DNA from: Lama glama
Lineage: Eukaryota
Reading direction: 5' to 3'
Length of the DNA: 64,000 nt
Assembly (NCBI GenBank): GCA_028534125.1
Contig: CM052851.1
Coordinates: 2,790,001-2,854,000, forward strand
Numbering within the stretch: the stretch's first letter is position 1; every line of letters starts with the position of its first letter. Both the position numbers and the translations under genes were made by a program. The notes under the pieces were generated by a model. That model was not told the DNA's origin. It was given only the letters and a program-made list of their open reading frames with translations, and searched no databases. Shown here one piece after another: positions 1-12,475 of this stretch.

Positions 1-1063
1 TGCTCTCCCAGCCATGAGCCCCGCCTGAGGGATCAATAGGGAGTAGGGGCCCTTCTCCTGCCTCCGGTGCTTGGGCACTTCCCAGGATGTCCCCCATCTC
101 CTTCCACTGGGGTGGGTTCTGATCCCTCCACCAAGAGTAGGAAGAAGCCAGAAAAGGATGTTACAGGTGACTCAGGCTTACCCACAGGGCAGTGGCGGCC
201 TCAGGCCAGGGCTGTGCTTAGCAGACCAGGGGCCTGGGGGCCCCCACTCCAAACTGACTTGCCCCAGTCACTGCAATTTGGTGACGGGTCTTGCCCGCAA
301 GTAGCCTGGGCCCACTGTGGACAGAGGGCCAGCTTACCCACCCTCCTTCCCAAGGGAGGTCACAGCTGGGGGACACTGGCGCTGAGGGAGGCCTGCAGAA
401 GGGAGCCGGGAGCAGGCCAAAGGCACCTGGGGCAAGATGAAGGCTGGAGTACCAAGTTAGCACTTCCAGCATTTCTCAAGGACAAGTGCACGCCCCTCTC
501 CCACCCACCCTGCCAGGAGCCTTCAGCCCTGGAGACAGCAGTCAGCACAGCCAGGGAGGACTGCCTGGAGGAGGGGGGCTGAGATGTGGGAGGGGAGGGC
601 TGCAGTGTGAGGGTGTGGAGAGAAGGGGAAGTAAAGCCACTGCAACTGGGAGAACCCCGTCCTGCTGCAGCTGCTGGAATCTCCTGTCCCCGTTAGTCAC
701 CAGCAGGCCTACAGAGAGCTGGACCAGACTCTCTTCTGCAGACCTCTGCTGCACCTCACACTGGGCCCTGGCCCTACAGACGGGAGGGACCCCAAGTGTG
801 AGGTGCGCTTGGGGGCCGAGTACAGAGAGGCAGGGCGGCCTCCCGATGAGGGCTTGTCCTGGTTCCTCAGGGAGCCTGCAGACTCATCCAGGCTCATGAC
901 TCTGCAGGGTGACCACTGCCAGCTTCCCCACCCTGGGGGACACTGCCTCAGTTTTCCCAGCAGGCTCCGGGTCCCCTCCTCCCGGCTGCTCTGTAAGGTG
1001 GGGGTGGGGTGGGCGGCACTGTGGCCAGATTCTCACCTCCGTCTCTCCTTCCTGCCCCTCAAG

Positions 1064-1144
1064 CTCCTCCACCTCCAAAGCGCGCTCCGACCACGGCCCT
1101 CACCCTGCGCTCCAAGTCCATGACCTCGGAGCTGGAGGAGCTCG
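1064..1144 (+). CDS. SHANK2: SHANK2 coding exon just after the PDZ domain (APPPPKRAPTTALTLRSKSMTSELEEL)
   Basis: Pyrimidine tract plus AAG acceptor ending at 1063; GTAAG donor at 1145; 81 nt, phase 1-1; peptide matches SHANK2 as recalled. Confidence 0.96.
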
Positions 1145-1428
1145 GTAAGAGCCGCGTCCGGCCCGCCCCAGCACTGCGCGGCTGCCAGCTCCCAGCACAC
1201 CGGCCGGGCCAGCCTTGGCCAAGCCCCAGCCTGCGCATGGCCCTCTGCTTGCCTGCCTGCCCCTCTCCTGGCCCCCAGGCCCCAGAATGGTGTCAGGAGA
1301 TGCCCCCGGATGCAGGGCTCCCATGCTGGCCCGCTGGGGTCCTGCTGGCTTCAGGGGTGGTTACTAGTCTTAAACTCTTTCAGTTCGTCTAACATTGTTT
1401 TGTTTTGAATTTTTGGGCCTCTCACTAG

Positions 1429-1437
1429 TGGATAAAG
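1429..1437 (+). CDS. SHANK2: SHANK2 9-nt microexon (VDK)
   Basis: ctcactAG|TGGATAAAG|GTAAG; CTAAC branch-like motif at 1389-1393 and T-rich tract; supplies VDK of the known ...ELEELVDKASVRKKKDKPEE... sequence. Confidence 0.9.
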
Positions 1438-2804
1438 GTAAGCAGCCCTCTGCTGTCTAGGGAGCCCCCCCTGAAACCCGCCCTGCTGGTCCTCTCGTGC
1501 ACAGCTAGGACCAGGAAGCTCTGGCCCTTGGGTCTGGCATAGATAGCAGTGGGGCTGCAGACCTGGTGGGCTGCAGGCCAGGTCGAGGGAGCTCCTGGTG
1601 CCTTCAGGAAAGCTCTACAAGAACAGAGGGCTGTGGCCACTGGATGCCACCTGGCCCAGGGGAGGATGCGCAGAGCAAGGTGGGCCCTGGGTCTAGCGGC
1701 CGTGTGGCTGTTGAAGAGGGATGACTCGAGCTGGTGGTGTGAGCCTCCCAGGTGCTGGTTAAGTGCCACACTGCGAGTCACCACGGAGGCCAGGGACACC
1801 TCCCGGAGGAAGTGGGCTCTGATCACACAGGAGTGGCGAGTGGGCTGAAGGCCTACTCCACTGGGAGGCCCTGGTGGGCGTCTCTGAGCTCTGCCCAGGG
1901 TAGGTTATGGGGGCACAAAACAAACCCTGCGCCCATGGCCACAGCCCCATCAGCCCCAGCTGGTCGGGGTGGGGCGGGTAGTCTGAGCGTCCTTGCCGGT
2001 CTCTGACTTGCCATCACTCCTATCTGGTCCCAGCCTTCAGGAGGAGACCTTCTGGCCCTGGCCTCCCCTCCAAAAACAGTACAGAGAGGCCCTTTCCCCC
2101 TCACGGCTCCTCTGGGAGGGTCTCCGGGCCCAGGCCATCTCCCAGCGAGCACCCCCTCGCTTGCCACCCTGTCCCAGGGCTGGAGTCTTTGTTTCAGGCT
2201 GAAGCCTAAGTTCTCGAGATGAGAGCATCCCTGCTGTGGTCCTGCCCATCCCCGCCCAGAACAACTAGTTTCCGCAAAGCCCCTTTCCTTTCGTCCCTCC
2301 ATAACCACACCGCATCCATCCAAACAAGACTCACCAGGAAAACCCCTCTGAACCCTGGGCCTGGCCCCGGCGGGGACCACAGTGTGAGTTTCTGCACATG
2401 CTTTTCTAAACCCAGACAGCATGTGCTGCTCTGGCTCCTCCAAGGGGCCTGTGGGCTGTGGGCAGGACACCTTTAATAAGGGCTCCAGGGGTGTCAGCCT
2501 AGGGCACTGTGAGGGTCCCCCTAAGAGATGCCTGGGCTCACACGGTCTCCTCTGGCAGGGTGCAGGGAGGGCGGGGGCTGAGGGAGAGGAAAGGCCCCCG
2601 TCCCTGAGGGAAGCAGGTTTGCTGGAGGATGTGATCAGAAAGGGCGTCCAGCTCTTTCTTCAGCTGCTGCACCCACCAGCGTCCGCCCCGAGCTGCAGTC
2701 AGTGCAGGGCGGGGGGAGCCCAGGGCAGCAGCCCAGCCCGGGCCCTGGGGGAGCGCTGCCGGCGCACCGGCCACAGGACTCACGCTCCCCTTTCTGTTTG
2801 CAAG

Positions 2805-2825
2805 CCTCCGTCCGGAAGAAGAAGG
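2805..2825 (+). CDS. SHANK2: SHANK2 21-nt microexon (ASVRKKK)
   Basis: tttctgtttgcaAG|CCTCCGTCCGGAAGAAGAAGG|GTAAG; phase 1-1; TGC immediately upstream of the acceptor. Confidence 0.92.
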
Positions 2826-5800
2826 GTAAGGGGCGAGCCCAGTGTCCGTCTCAGCCCCCAACCCGCACGCCCTGTGTGGCCATCGGCGTGGCGTCTGGAA
2901 TGTGCTGTGACCCTGTGCTGTCTTCTCCCTGCTCGGGGTCCTGGGGTGGGGGGGGAGGGTCGGCCCCAGGATGCGTCCCGTCTCAGTCTGTCACGTCTGC
3001 CTTCTCCCGTCTGTGGTCCCCAGCGTGTTCTGCACTTGCCCCATGAGTTGTGTCCACGTGGCCATGTCTGATGCCTGGGCCCTCTTGGGCCCAGGGTTGG
3101 CAGGCAGCCGCCATGGCCATGGCTTGGGGTGCAGGCCAGCAGGGCCCCTGGCAAATGGGGCCCTGACTGCTGGCCCCCCTTCAACTACTAAAAAACCCCT
3201 TGAGGCTTGCTCGGCTCCTGCCAGGGGACTGCCCTTGAACTCAGGGAAGAGAGGGCTGTGAGGCCGGGCTGCTCCCTGCCCCTCCCCAGGCTGGCAATGG
3301 TGGTGGTGGGGGGGGGACCCAGCCTCCGCGCTGTGAGCAGCTAAGACACCAGCCGCACGGGTGCCCAGCAGCCGGGCCCCGATGGAGCTTGCCCCTCCGC
3401 AGCAGCTCCCACACTTGGGGTGCCTCTCCCACGTGCTGGAGGTGAGCAGCAGCCTGTCAGTTTAGGGCCAGGAGGGGACTTGCCCACAGGCCCAGGCCCT
3501 GCCACTGAGATGTGCCTCAGCCGAGATGGTGGGGGGAGTCTGGGAATCCCGCTGGGCAGTATCTGAGGGCAGGGCCGGGGGTCCTGGAGCACCAGGACAG
3601 GAGCTCCTTTCTCACCCACCATCCGCCGCCCTGAGAGGCAGGCCAGCCCTGGCAGCCTTCCTCTGGAGCAATGCTGGGTCTCCCCCAACAACCAGGGGCT
3701 GCTCGGGAGCCCCCCCCCATGGGCTTTCCAGGACCAGTGACCGTGTCACCGCATGGTGTGTGCCTGGGGCACAGGAAGCTTCCTGAGATTACATTACCCT
3801 CTGAACGCCCTTCAACCCAAGGCCAAACCCAGCTGGCAGGAACAACCCCTCTGTCCACCACACTTCCCAGGAAAGGCACTACACCGCGGGTTCCAGAAGG
3901 CCCACGGCCCTGACAGGGCTAGCGGGAGAGCCTGTCCTCAGGGAGCAGCTGCTGGCCGGCTCCACCCTCCTCCCCAGGGCCCAGCAGCCAGAGACCCGGG
4001 GCTGTGACGGAGGGAGAGAGGACAGAGGTCGTGTTCCGCGGGGCCAGCCTGGGGAGTGCAGCCCTGCCTGCCTTTGGCCAGCGAACACCGAACACTGGAT
4101 GTGATTTGGAGCTAACACGCCCACATTTAGTCCTTGAGTGTTCCCTGAGGACCTGCGCTAGTCCCCAGACACCAAGCCACTGGTGTCAGTGTGAGCAGCG
4201 GTGGGGGCCGGCCCGAGGCAGAATCTGGGCAAGGGTGGTGGGGCCAGCTGCACCGTGGCCTCCCAGCCCGCGGGCCCCTCTGGCTGCACCCCACCCCCTT
4301 CCCTTCGAAGCTGTGTGACTCATCAGAGCCTGCAGGCCAGGAACAGTGTGCTGGGGTCAGAGCACGGGCCCCTAGGCCTTTGCTGCCTCCACCAGAGACG
4401 GGTGGCTGGCAGTAGCTGCTGCTTCCACTGCATGTAGCTCGTCTTTGACATCTGGCGCTGTCGACACCTTGCTTTCCTTCTTGGAAGCGGTTTACGGAGG
4501 AAATCCTGCACTGTGGCCTCTCACCCTGAGACGGGGCATGGGTGGCCCTGCCCCTCCCGAGAGTTGGCGGAACAACTGGTTCGAGGTCACGAGGAGCGAC
4601 AAGGTGCCTGGGCATCTCCGCAGCCAGGAGGCACTTCACAAACCAACTGCCTGAGAGGCTGAAGAACTGGAGAGTCTTAGTCCCAGTGTTGCGGGACGTT
4701 CCTGGAGCATCTAGGACGCTCTCCCGAGGGGTCCAAGGAGCAGCTGGGGCCTGGATACAGCCTGGCATGCGGCCACGGCAAAGGGGGGCACAGGACACAG
4801 AAGCCAGAGTCCCTGAGATGGCGCCCCCTTCCCCCCGGAGAAAGAGGGCCCCTTGGCCAGATGCGCCCGTGTCATCCTGGCCTCGGCCTCCCCACAGTTC
4901 AGAGGGTCGTTCCACTCCACAATTTGAGGCCTCCCTACTACAAAGCCAGCAACACCTGCTGGATGAGCGGGAGGGCTCGGGCCACAGGTGACTCTGCCTG
5001 TGGTGGGGGCAGAGCTCACAGGTGGGGGACTCAGGTGACAGGCAGGACACCAGCTCTGCTCTGGTTCCCAGAGACACATGGCTACATGCGACCCTGACAT
5101 CTACCACTTCTTCCCTGCGTGAGGAAGCGTGCAGCCTGCGGACGGTGGGTACCACATCTGTCTTCTAAGCAGACTGTAGGTCTGCTTAGAAAATTAAAAT
5201 ACAGGTCATTGCCGGAGCATTTTCATCAATTCATTACTAAGATTTGACAGTTTTCAAATCTGTCTGCAGGACTGCTTTTCAGTCACAGAGCACTTCATTT
5301 TAAGGCGCAGGGGCTGGACTCACTAATCCTCTTCCTCTGGAGCCCCTGAATAGAGACCCAATTCCAGGCTTTTATAAATTGAGCATAATAATCCTTATGA
5401 GCTTAGAATGAGAAGCAGGAACCCACAGTCTCACAGCTTTCCTTAAAAACCTTCATGTTCCAGTAAACAAGCCCTTCAACACGGGGGCTGAGCAGAGTCT
5501 TGAGTCAGGCCACCGGCCTCCCTGCGAGACAAAGGCCAGGAGGGGACTCAGGGCCCCATGGGGAAGCGATGCAGGGCTTCCCTGTGCATTTGCACCACAC
5601 AGACCACGCTAACCAGCTCTCACTGTGAACAGAACAGCCGTGGACACGACCCCCCAAACCAAGATGCTCTCCTGTGTTCTGGATCAAAGAACATTTGGGT
5701 GGCGTGGAGGCCGAAGGGCAAAGGTTTGACACAAAGACCATGGTATCCACGTTCAGGGTCACCATAGCTCCAGGGGGTTCCCCTTCAATCACACCCCAAG

Positions 5801-8625
5801 CCACCCATCTCAACACAGCATGACCATGGTGAGCACAGTGCCCTGACCTTTCTGTTGGCCAGACCACGCAGACCAATCTGACGGCAACCCTAGACTTCGC
5901 TGTCTGCCAGGGCTCGGCACCCCTGTTGGCCCCAGTGGAGCCCAAGCCTCCCTCTGGTCCCAGAATTCCAGCTGCAAGACCTTAAGCAACTCAGAGCCTC
6001 ATGGTTCTCTCTGCAAAATAGGAATGATGCTCCCCTATGACCAAGTTCTTTTTAGGATGAGAAACGGGATAAAGGTGCTTATTTAGCATTTCCACCAAAG
6101 TTGGGGACCGTCATCACTAGCAGTGGTGCCTTTGCCTCACCTGCATACACCCGCCATCGAGCTGTGTTTTGGGAGTGCCTGCCATGCGCCTGGGCCCCAC
6201 GATCACAGTCTGCTGCCCGCTCATTCCAGGAGCGTGGGAGCTCCGGGCTGCAGAGGGTGGGCCAGCCCCCTCAGCTCAGGGGGCTAACACCAAAGAAACG
6301 GACTCGCAGGGCCCAGCTAGGCAGGAGCCTCTGGAAGCCGCAGCCAGTTTAGCCGTCCTTCCCAGGAGCCCCCCGCCCGCCCTGCTGGGCCTGGCACGGC
6401 CCGCTGCGCTGCGGACAGGGCTCTCCCCACGGTGGCCCCACAGGGCGCCGTGCCAGGCCACAGTCGCGCTCCCTAACTCAGCGGCCTCCGCTCCAGGCCC
6501 GTGTTCCTGGAGGCTCCCGGGAGAGCCCAGCTGAGTTGCACACGCTGTAGCCGAGACTGGGCCTGCGAAGACACCGCACCTGCGGGCCATGCGGGAGATG
6601 GCTGACTCCCTGCCACCGCTGGCAAAACAGCGGCACCTTAGCCAAAGCAAAGCCAGCTGCGAGGGACCAAGCTTCCAGGGACGGGCCAAGAGGTCCCTCG
6701 GGCTGCCGTGGGCTCGCCAAGGAGGTCAACCAAGGACCCTGAGCCCTGCAGCCAGCGGGGCGGGGAGTAGAGGAGATCAGCACAGAAACAAGTTAAACCC
6801 TCACCATGACCGGAATCCTGGCCCAGACCTGAGGGGGAGGGCTTCCTGTAGGAGGCACACTTCTTGGGGCAGGGAATCTGGCAAAGGCAAGGAGGTGAGC
6901 AGAGAAAGCAGAACAGGCAGAGAGGCTGGCAGGGCTGGGGGCTGGGCAGTGAGCAACTTGGAAAGCACTTGAGGACGGATGCCCGGGGGCATCAAGGAGG
7001 AAGGCGGGGTGGGGGACACAGGGACACAGCTGGAGCGTCCCTGCAGCCACACAGAGAGGCAGGTGTTTCCCACTAACTCCCTGAAGGGCAGAAACTCACC
7101 AGTGTCCCCCGACACCAACCGGGAAGGAAATGGCCCCGAGGAGGAGGCCGGAGCTGGGAGAGCTGTGGGTCCCAGAACCAGGGGAGGGTGCTGAGAGGAG
7201 GAACTGAGAGGTCCCAAGCAAAGTGGCCTGTCGGGGCAGCGCCCCGGGATGCCGTCTCCGCCTTAGTCTTCTGCTGGCAGGTGGACACAGTGGGCATTTC
7301 CATAAAGGGCCAGAGCACGGGTGTCTACGGCTCTGCGGGCCTCTCCCCACCGCACACTCTCTCTCTCAACCCCTTTAAAAGTGTGGACACCGGCCTTAGG
7401 TCAAGGGCCAAACCAGAACAGGCGTGGACAGGGTTTGACCCACAGGCCGTGGTTTGCCCACCCAGGGCCAGGACACACTGGAGTCGGGTGCCCAGCTGGA
7501 GCCTAAGCAGGGAGGGGCCCCCTGCGGTTCCTCTTGTTGGAGCCCCTGTCTGGGCGGCTCAGAGGGCAGGTGGCTCAGGGGGCCCTCACAGGGGCTGAGC
7601 TCCTCCTAGGAAGCCGCCATCACAAGTGGCTGCGGCGCCTTGACCTTGACACTGGAGCTCCCGGCCTCTGACTCTCATGCTGGCCTCGGCTTGAGAGGCC
7701 TGGGTGTTTCTGACAGCACAATCTTCATGGGGAGTCACAAGAGCCCAGAGCAGGGTGGGGTCACCCAGGAGAAGGCCTCAGCTTGCAGACAGAATGTTCT
7801 GGGGGGCCAGGAGAGCGCTGTGCCTCACTGGGTCCAAACAGGACACTCTGCCAGGCCGGCCTCTCTCTGCCTTCCTGCTGTCCTGGTGGCTTCCCCGACC
7901 AAGCACTCATCTGTGTCCCTGACCCAGGCTCCTTGCTGTGACGGCCCTACTTGGACACTGGGGTCTGGACCCGGCCTGCAGAGGGAAGCTAGGCATCTGG
8001 CAGGTCCAGAGTCAGCTCCAGTTTTCAAGTTTCCCCAAAAATGTAATGTTTTAAATTTCAATTTGTTAGTAATTTTTTAATTTGTAAAGGTCACTAACCA
8101 TCGGCTTTTTCACAAGGAACTAGGAATGCTCAGCTGTTGGGGGCCTGGGGGCTCCTCCCCAGAGCAGACTGGCTCCTGAGCCAGGGGGCTGTCCCCCTCG
8201 CCCCCACGCAGCTCGGTGGCCTCCAGCCTTGGGTGCTGGGTCCTCAGACCCTGGCAACTGCATGTGGTTGTAAAAGAGCCACACCTCTGAGCTCTTAAAA
8301 GGAAAAACACTCCAAGCACTGCCCAGCTCCCACCACCAAGACTAAATCACACTGGTGTGAATAAAGCGCCTCCCTGAGTGCCGGGTGCTCAGGGGCGGAG
8401 GTCTCCCTCCCCTCTCATCCATGTGCACCTTTCCGGTGCGGCTCGGGGTCGGGTCCTGCGCTATGAATGCTTGTGGCCGAGGCATGCGTGCCCCTCACCT
8501 GAGTGACAAAGCCCTTGCACGACAAAAGCTGTTAAACTGCAGGCGGCACTTGGGCATTTTTCTAACTAAGCCCCTCCCTGACTGGGTCACTGACGCCTGT
8601 CCTGATGGTCATGTTCACACTGCAG

Positions 8626-8756
8626 ATAAACCTGAGGAGGTAGTCCCAGCCCCTAAGCCATCGCGAACCGCTGAGAGTGTGGCCGTGGAGTCCAGGGTGG
8701 CCACCATCAAGCAGCGGCCCACGAGCCGGTGCTTCCCGCCCGTCTCTGACATGAAC
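8626..8756 (+). CDS. SHANK2: SHANK2 coding exon (DKPEEVVPAPKPSR...SRCFPPVSDMN)
   Basis: TGCAG acceptor ending at 8625; GTGAGT donor at 8757; 131 nt, phase 1-0; peptide embedded in ORF 8385..9179. Confidence 0.96.
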
Positions 8757-10028
8757 GTGAGTGGCTGGGGCCAGGGGAGTGGGCGGCAGGTGGGCAGGGG
8801 TGGAGATGGCCGTCCCCGTGGCTACAGTTCACACCCTCCCCGTGCGGTCCAGACCCGGAGCCCTGGTCCCAGAGGCACCCGCGGGAGACGGAGCGGGCTG
8901 GGGCCCGGGTCTGGCACTCGCTCACCCTGTCACTTCCGCTCAGTCCCTCGACCCGGAGGGTCTTCCTGCAGCCCACCTCTGACTCCTGAGGCGGCGAGGC
9001 CTCCGCAAACAGCCGGTGCCTGCGCAGAGCCGCTGCCCAGGCCGTGCCCCCATCCCTACGTGGTGAGCAGAGACCCCAGGCCAAGGGCTGGCAGAGCCGC
9101 CCAGTCCCTGTGTCAGCTGCTCCTCAGTTTTCCAGAGGCAGCTGCCTGCACCCCAGCTTTGTACCTCAAGTGGACCTGAGCACACCTATTACCATTACTG
9201 ACTTAGTGTGTTTTCTGAAGCCACTTCACACTGGCTGTTTAACCTCACCTTTTCTTAAACAATAACCCCCATAAGTGCCATCAATTTGACATGACAGTTT
9301 TTTAAACATGTGTTAAAACAAACACAGCTGCTGCTGATAACAATTAGAGCGTTCATCCTGCCCCTCCTCCTCATCTCCGGAACTCCCGGGGCGGCTTCCC
9401 TCCCCCGGTCCCTGCCCCTCACTGCGCCCTGTGCCCTCCTGTCCCAGACGCCTTGTCCCCAAGCCCAGCACCAGGCTGCAGAGCAAAAAGCCAGGCCCGG
9501 TGAGACTGGGCCACACAGGAACAGCCTGAGGCGTGCGCACCAGACCCCTAAAGCGTGCACACGTCTCCTCTGGGCTCCACAGCCGACATTGCTCCCAAGT
9601 CACCGTTCAGTGTGGGGGGTGGGGCGGCCAGCAATCTCCGTTTTCCAGTCAAGGAAGCAGCAGGGGCCGCACAGGGCATCTATTTCACCACCAGAGGTGG
9701 GCGCTGGGCTCCTTCTGGACCAGGCAGAGGAGGCAGGGCTGGGACAGCCCGCCTGGGCTGCTGCCGTCAGCCCACTGTGTGGAGGAGGACGTGGCCAAGG
9801 GCGGACCCCACTCCCACCAGCGGGTACTCTCTCCTAGGACACCTCATTCTCAGTCGGTCAAGTCAGGCGGGCCACGGCTCCACCGGGCAGGGCTTACGGG
9901 CATTTGGAGGGCGGGGAGGGCCCTTTTTGGTGTGCTCTGTCATCAGCCTCCGCTGGACAGTTCAGCGCCCCCTGCCTGGGGTTCCCGTGTCTGGTCCAGC
10001 ACATCTCACCTGGCCCCCTGGTTTGCAG

Positions 10029-10140
10029 TCCGTGTACGAGCGCCAGGGGATCGCTGTGATGACGCCCACTGTTCCTGGGAGCCCGAAAGGCCCGTTTCTG
10101 GGCCTCCCTCGAGGTACGATGCGAAGGCAGAAATCAATAG
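10029..10140 (+). CDS. SHANK2: SHANK2 coding exon (SVYERQGIAVMTPTVPGSPKGPFLGLPRGTMRRQKSI)
   Basis: TTTGCAG acceptor ending at 10028; GTAAGC donor at 10141; 112 nt, phase 0-1. Confidence 0.96.
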
Positions 10141-11030
10141 GTAAGCAGCACGGCCACACCCACGAAGGTGCCCCCTGGCTCTCAGCACCCCGGCAGTGCC
10201 CCCTGAGCAGCCCCCAGGCCTGCCCACCAGAGGGCGGGCACTCAACCTCACCCCCGGGAGCCCTTGGAACCCTGAGCCATCTGAAACTTTTCTATCCTCT
10301 GGATACCGACCTGGGGTGGCTTCCCCAGCCTCGCAATCCCAGTACCTGTGACAGTCCCAGCAGGGGGAGGGGCCGTGTGGCAGGAGGGAGGCAAAGGTGG
10401 GCAGGCGAGGTCCCGAAGCCCCCAGCCCCCCCATGCGCGTCAGAGTGGGCCGGCAGCGTGGGCCCCTGTCCTGTGTTCCCTGCAGCCCTATGGTGACGGC
10501 CACTGCCAGGCTTTGCCGATGAGCTCAGCGGGCACACTTGTGAGGGTGGCGGGTCAGGTCCCTGAATTCTAAGAATACAACGTGTTGTGTGTTGTGGAAA
10601 CTGCCACCTTCCTGTTAAGGCCACCAGGATTTCCACTGACTGTCCGGGCAAGGTAATGTGACCCTTCAGACAGTCCCTCTGTGAGGTCACCCGGCACTGT
10701 CTGTACCGTGTAAATTCTCCAGGAAGCCAAGGCCACCGCCGGACAGTTGTGGCCCCTTGTTAAAGAGGACAGTGTGTGCGGCAGCCACCCCGGGACACTG
10801 CTCTGTGTCCGGGAAAGGCCCCCAGCACCGCGGCCTGAGATGTGGTCTCTGTCACTAGTCCGAGGTGGACTGCAGCAGGCAGGAGCTAAGCCATGAGGGA
10901 TGGTGGAGGTGGTATCTGCCGTCCCTCAGAGTCACCCCCCAGAGCTCAGGGCCACTGCAGAGCAGCGCACGCGCCGCGCCGCGTCACTGGCTCTGTGCCT
11001 GGGTAATAACACCTGATTTCCTCCTGTCAG

Positions 11031-11051
11031 ACAGCAGAATCTTTCTATCAG
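11031..11051 (+). CDS. SHANK2: SHANK2 21-nt microexon (DSRIFLS)
   Basis: ttcctcctgtcAG|ACAGCAGAATCTTTCTATCAG|GTTAGT; phase 1-1; supplies the known ...QKSIDSRIFLSGITEEE... sequence. Confidence 0.92.
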
Positions 11052-12475
11052 GTTAGTAGACCTTACAGCTTGGAATCTGTAATATGAATGTAACCCAGTT
11101 TACTGTATAAGGTGTATTCTTAAATTATTACTCCTTGGGAACTAATCGTCAGGCAACCACCACGTACAAATGGTCCACAAGGAAGGCCTTTTAGCAACCA
11201 TCTTTGAGATGCCAAAATGTCTTCCCACAAGGAGTATGTGAAATTTGGAATACCCTTATCGAACGAACTTTTCATCGGGATAAATTATTGTAGTTTGTCC
11301 CAGGAGTTTTTTTGATTTCAAGTAACTCACTTTGTAACCTCTTTGGAAGACCTGCATGCCCCCAACGTGAGGCGTCTGTCCGTGTCTGTGTGTTTCGCCT
11401 CTTGTCTCCCAGAGTGCCTTCTGTTGATGTTTTTATGTATCAGACTGTCTCGAGGAGAGTCTGAGGTCCTACCCAGTCCACACACGCAGGGCTCTCGGCC
11501 CTATGAGGCAGGGTGCCACCATCACCATCGCAGGCACGTACTGTGCACTCACACCCAACACCCATGCGCTCCGTTAGGTCAAGTCACCCAACATGGACCC
11601 TGGTCAATCGTGATTGCGGGAAACTGCTACGCCCCTTGTCCCAGCCCAGAGGGTCTTAAGGTGAGACCCAGAAGGGGCTCACTGGGGCCAGCGGCCAAGT
11701 GTCTGCTCAGGATCCTGCTGCTGGCTTGGGCTGGCGTCTTGGGTTAGAGGGTCCAGGCTCCCTTCCCTCGGGCCTGTTGCAGGTCAGAGCAGCCTGCTCC
11801 TGCCGGCTGCCTCTCAGCCATCCTCCTGAGGGCCCGGGGAGCGTCAGACCCTCAGGTGGCCCAGAGACGTCGGGCAACAACAAAAAATTTGGGTTCCTGC
11901 AGTGTGGGCAAGGCTATCCCAGGGTCACCGCTTGCCTAGGGCACTGCCCAAAGGCAGCGGGCATCCCTGCACCACTGCAGAACATCAGCACTGATGCCCC
12001 CATCAGCCAGCGCAGGTTCACCCTCAACCCGTGTGCCCTTTGCCCTCGTTTCCAGTGGGCAGCAGGACAGCCTCAGTCCTAGACCCTGAAAACACCCTCG
12101 GGGGCTCAGGCCAAGGCTGAAAGGATGGATGCCCCGATCCAGCCCCGCCCCCAACAAGCTCACACGTGCGCCCTCACCACCCTGGGCTCCATCCCTCCCG
12201 CTTGCTGCTCCGGACACCAGCAGAACATCTCAACAGCACGCACTCAGTACCTCCCGGTGCCTTTCTCTTCTTTTTCTTTTTAATTTTTTGTTTTTGGCTC
12301 AGAATGGGCCACATGATCTCTTGGCATTGTGGCTTGTGCTGTGCTGTTCTGTGAACAAGTGTGCATCGTGATTCTTTGTAAGTTTGCAGAGACATAGCGT
12401 GTCACACCATCTTAAGAGCTTAGTAGGGGTTTGTTACTGTCATCATTTAAATTTAAGCCTATCTTCTACCTGTAG

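Noticed and set aside
4127-5155. 342-aa minus-strand ORF in a SHANK2 intron
   Set aside because: No recognisable domain, composition typical of GC-rich non-coding DNA, and no exon or promoter context
5230-5300. Acceptor-like sites (TCTGCAG, TTTTCAG) in an AT-rich intronic patch as another microexon
   Set aside because: No matching GT donor nearby
8385-10496. 264-aa and 313-aa plus-strand ORFs
   Set aside because: Only the internal spliced exons (8626-8756, 10029-10140) are SHANK2; the flanks are open intronic sequence
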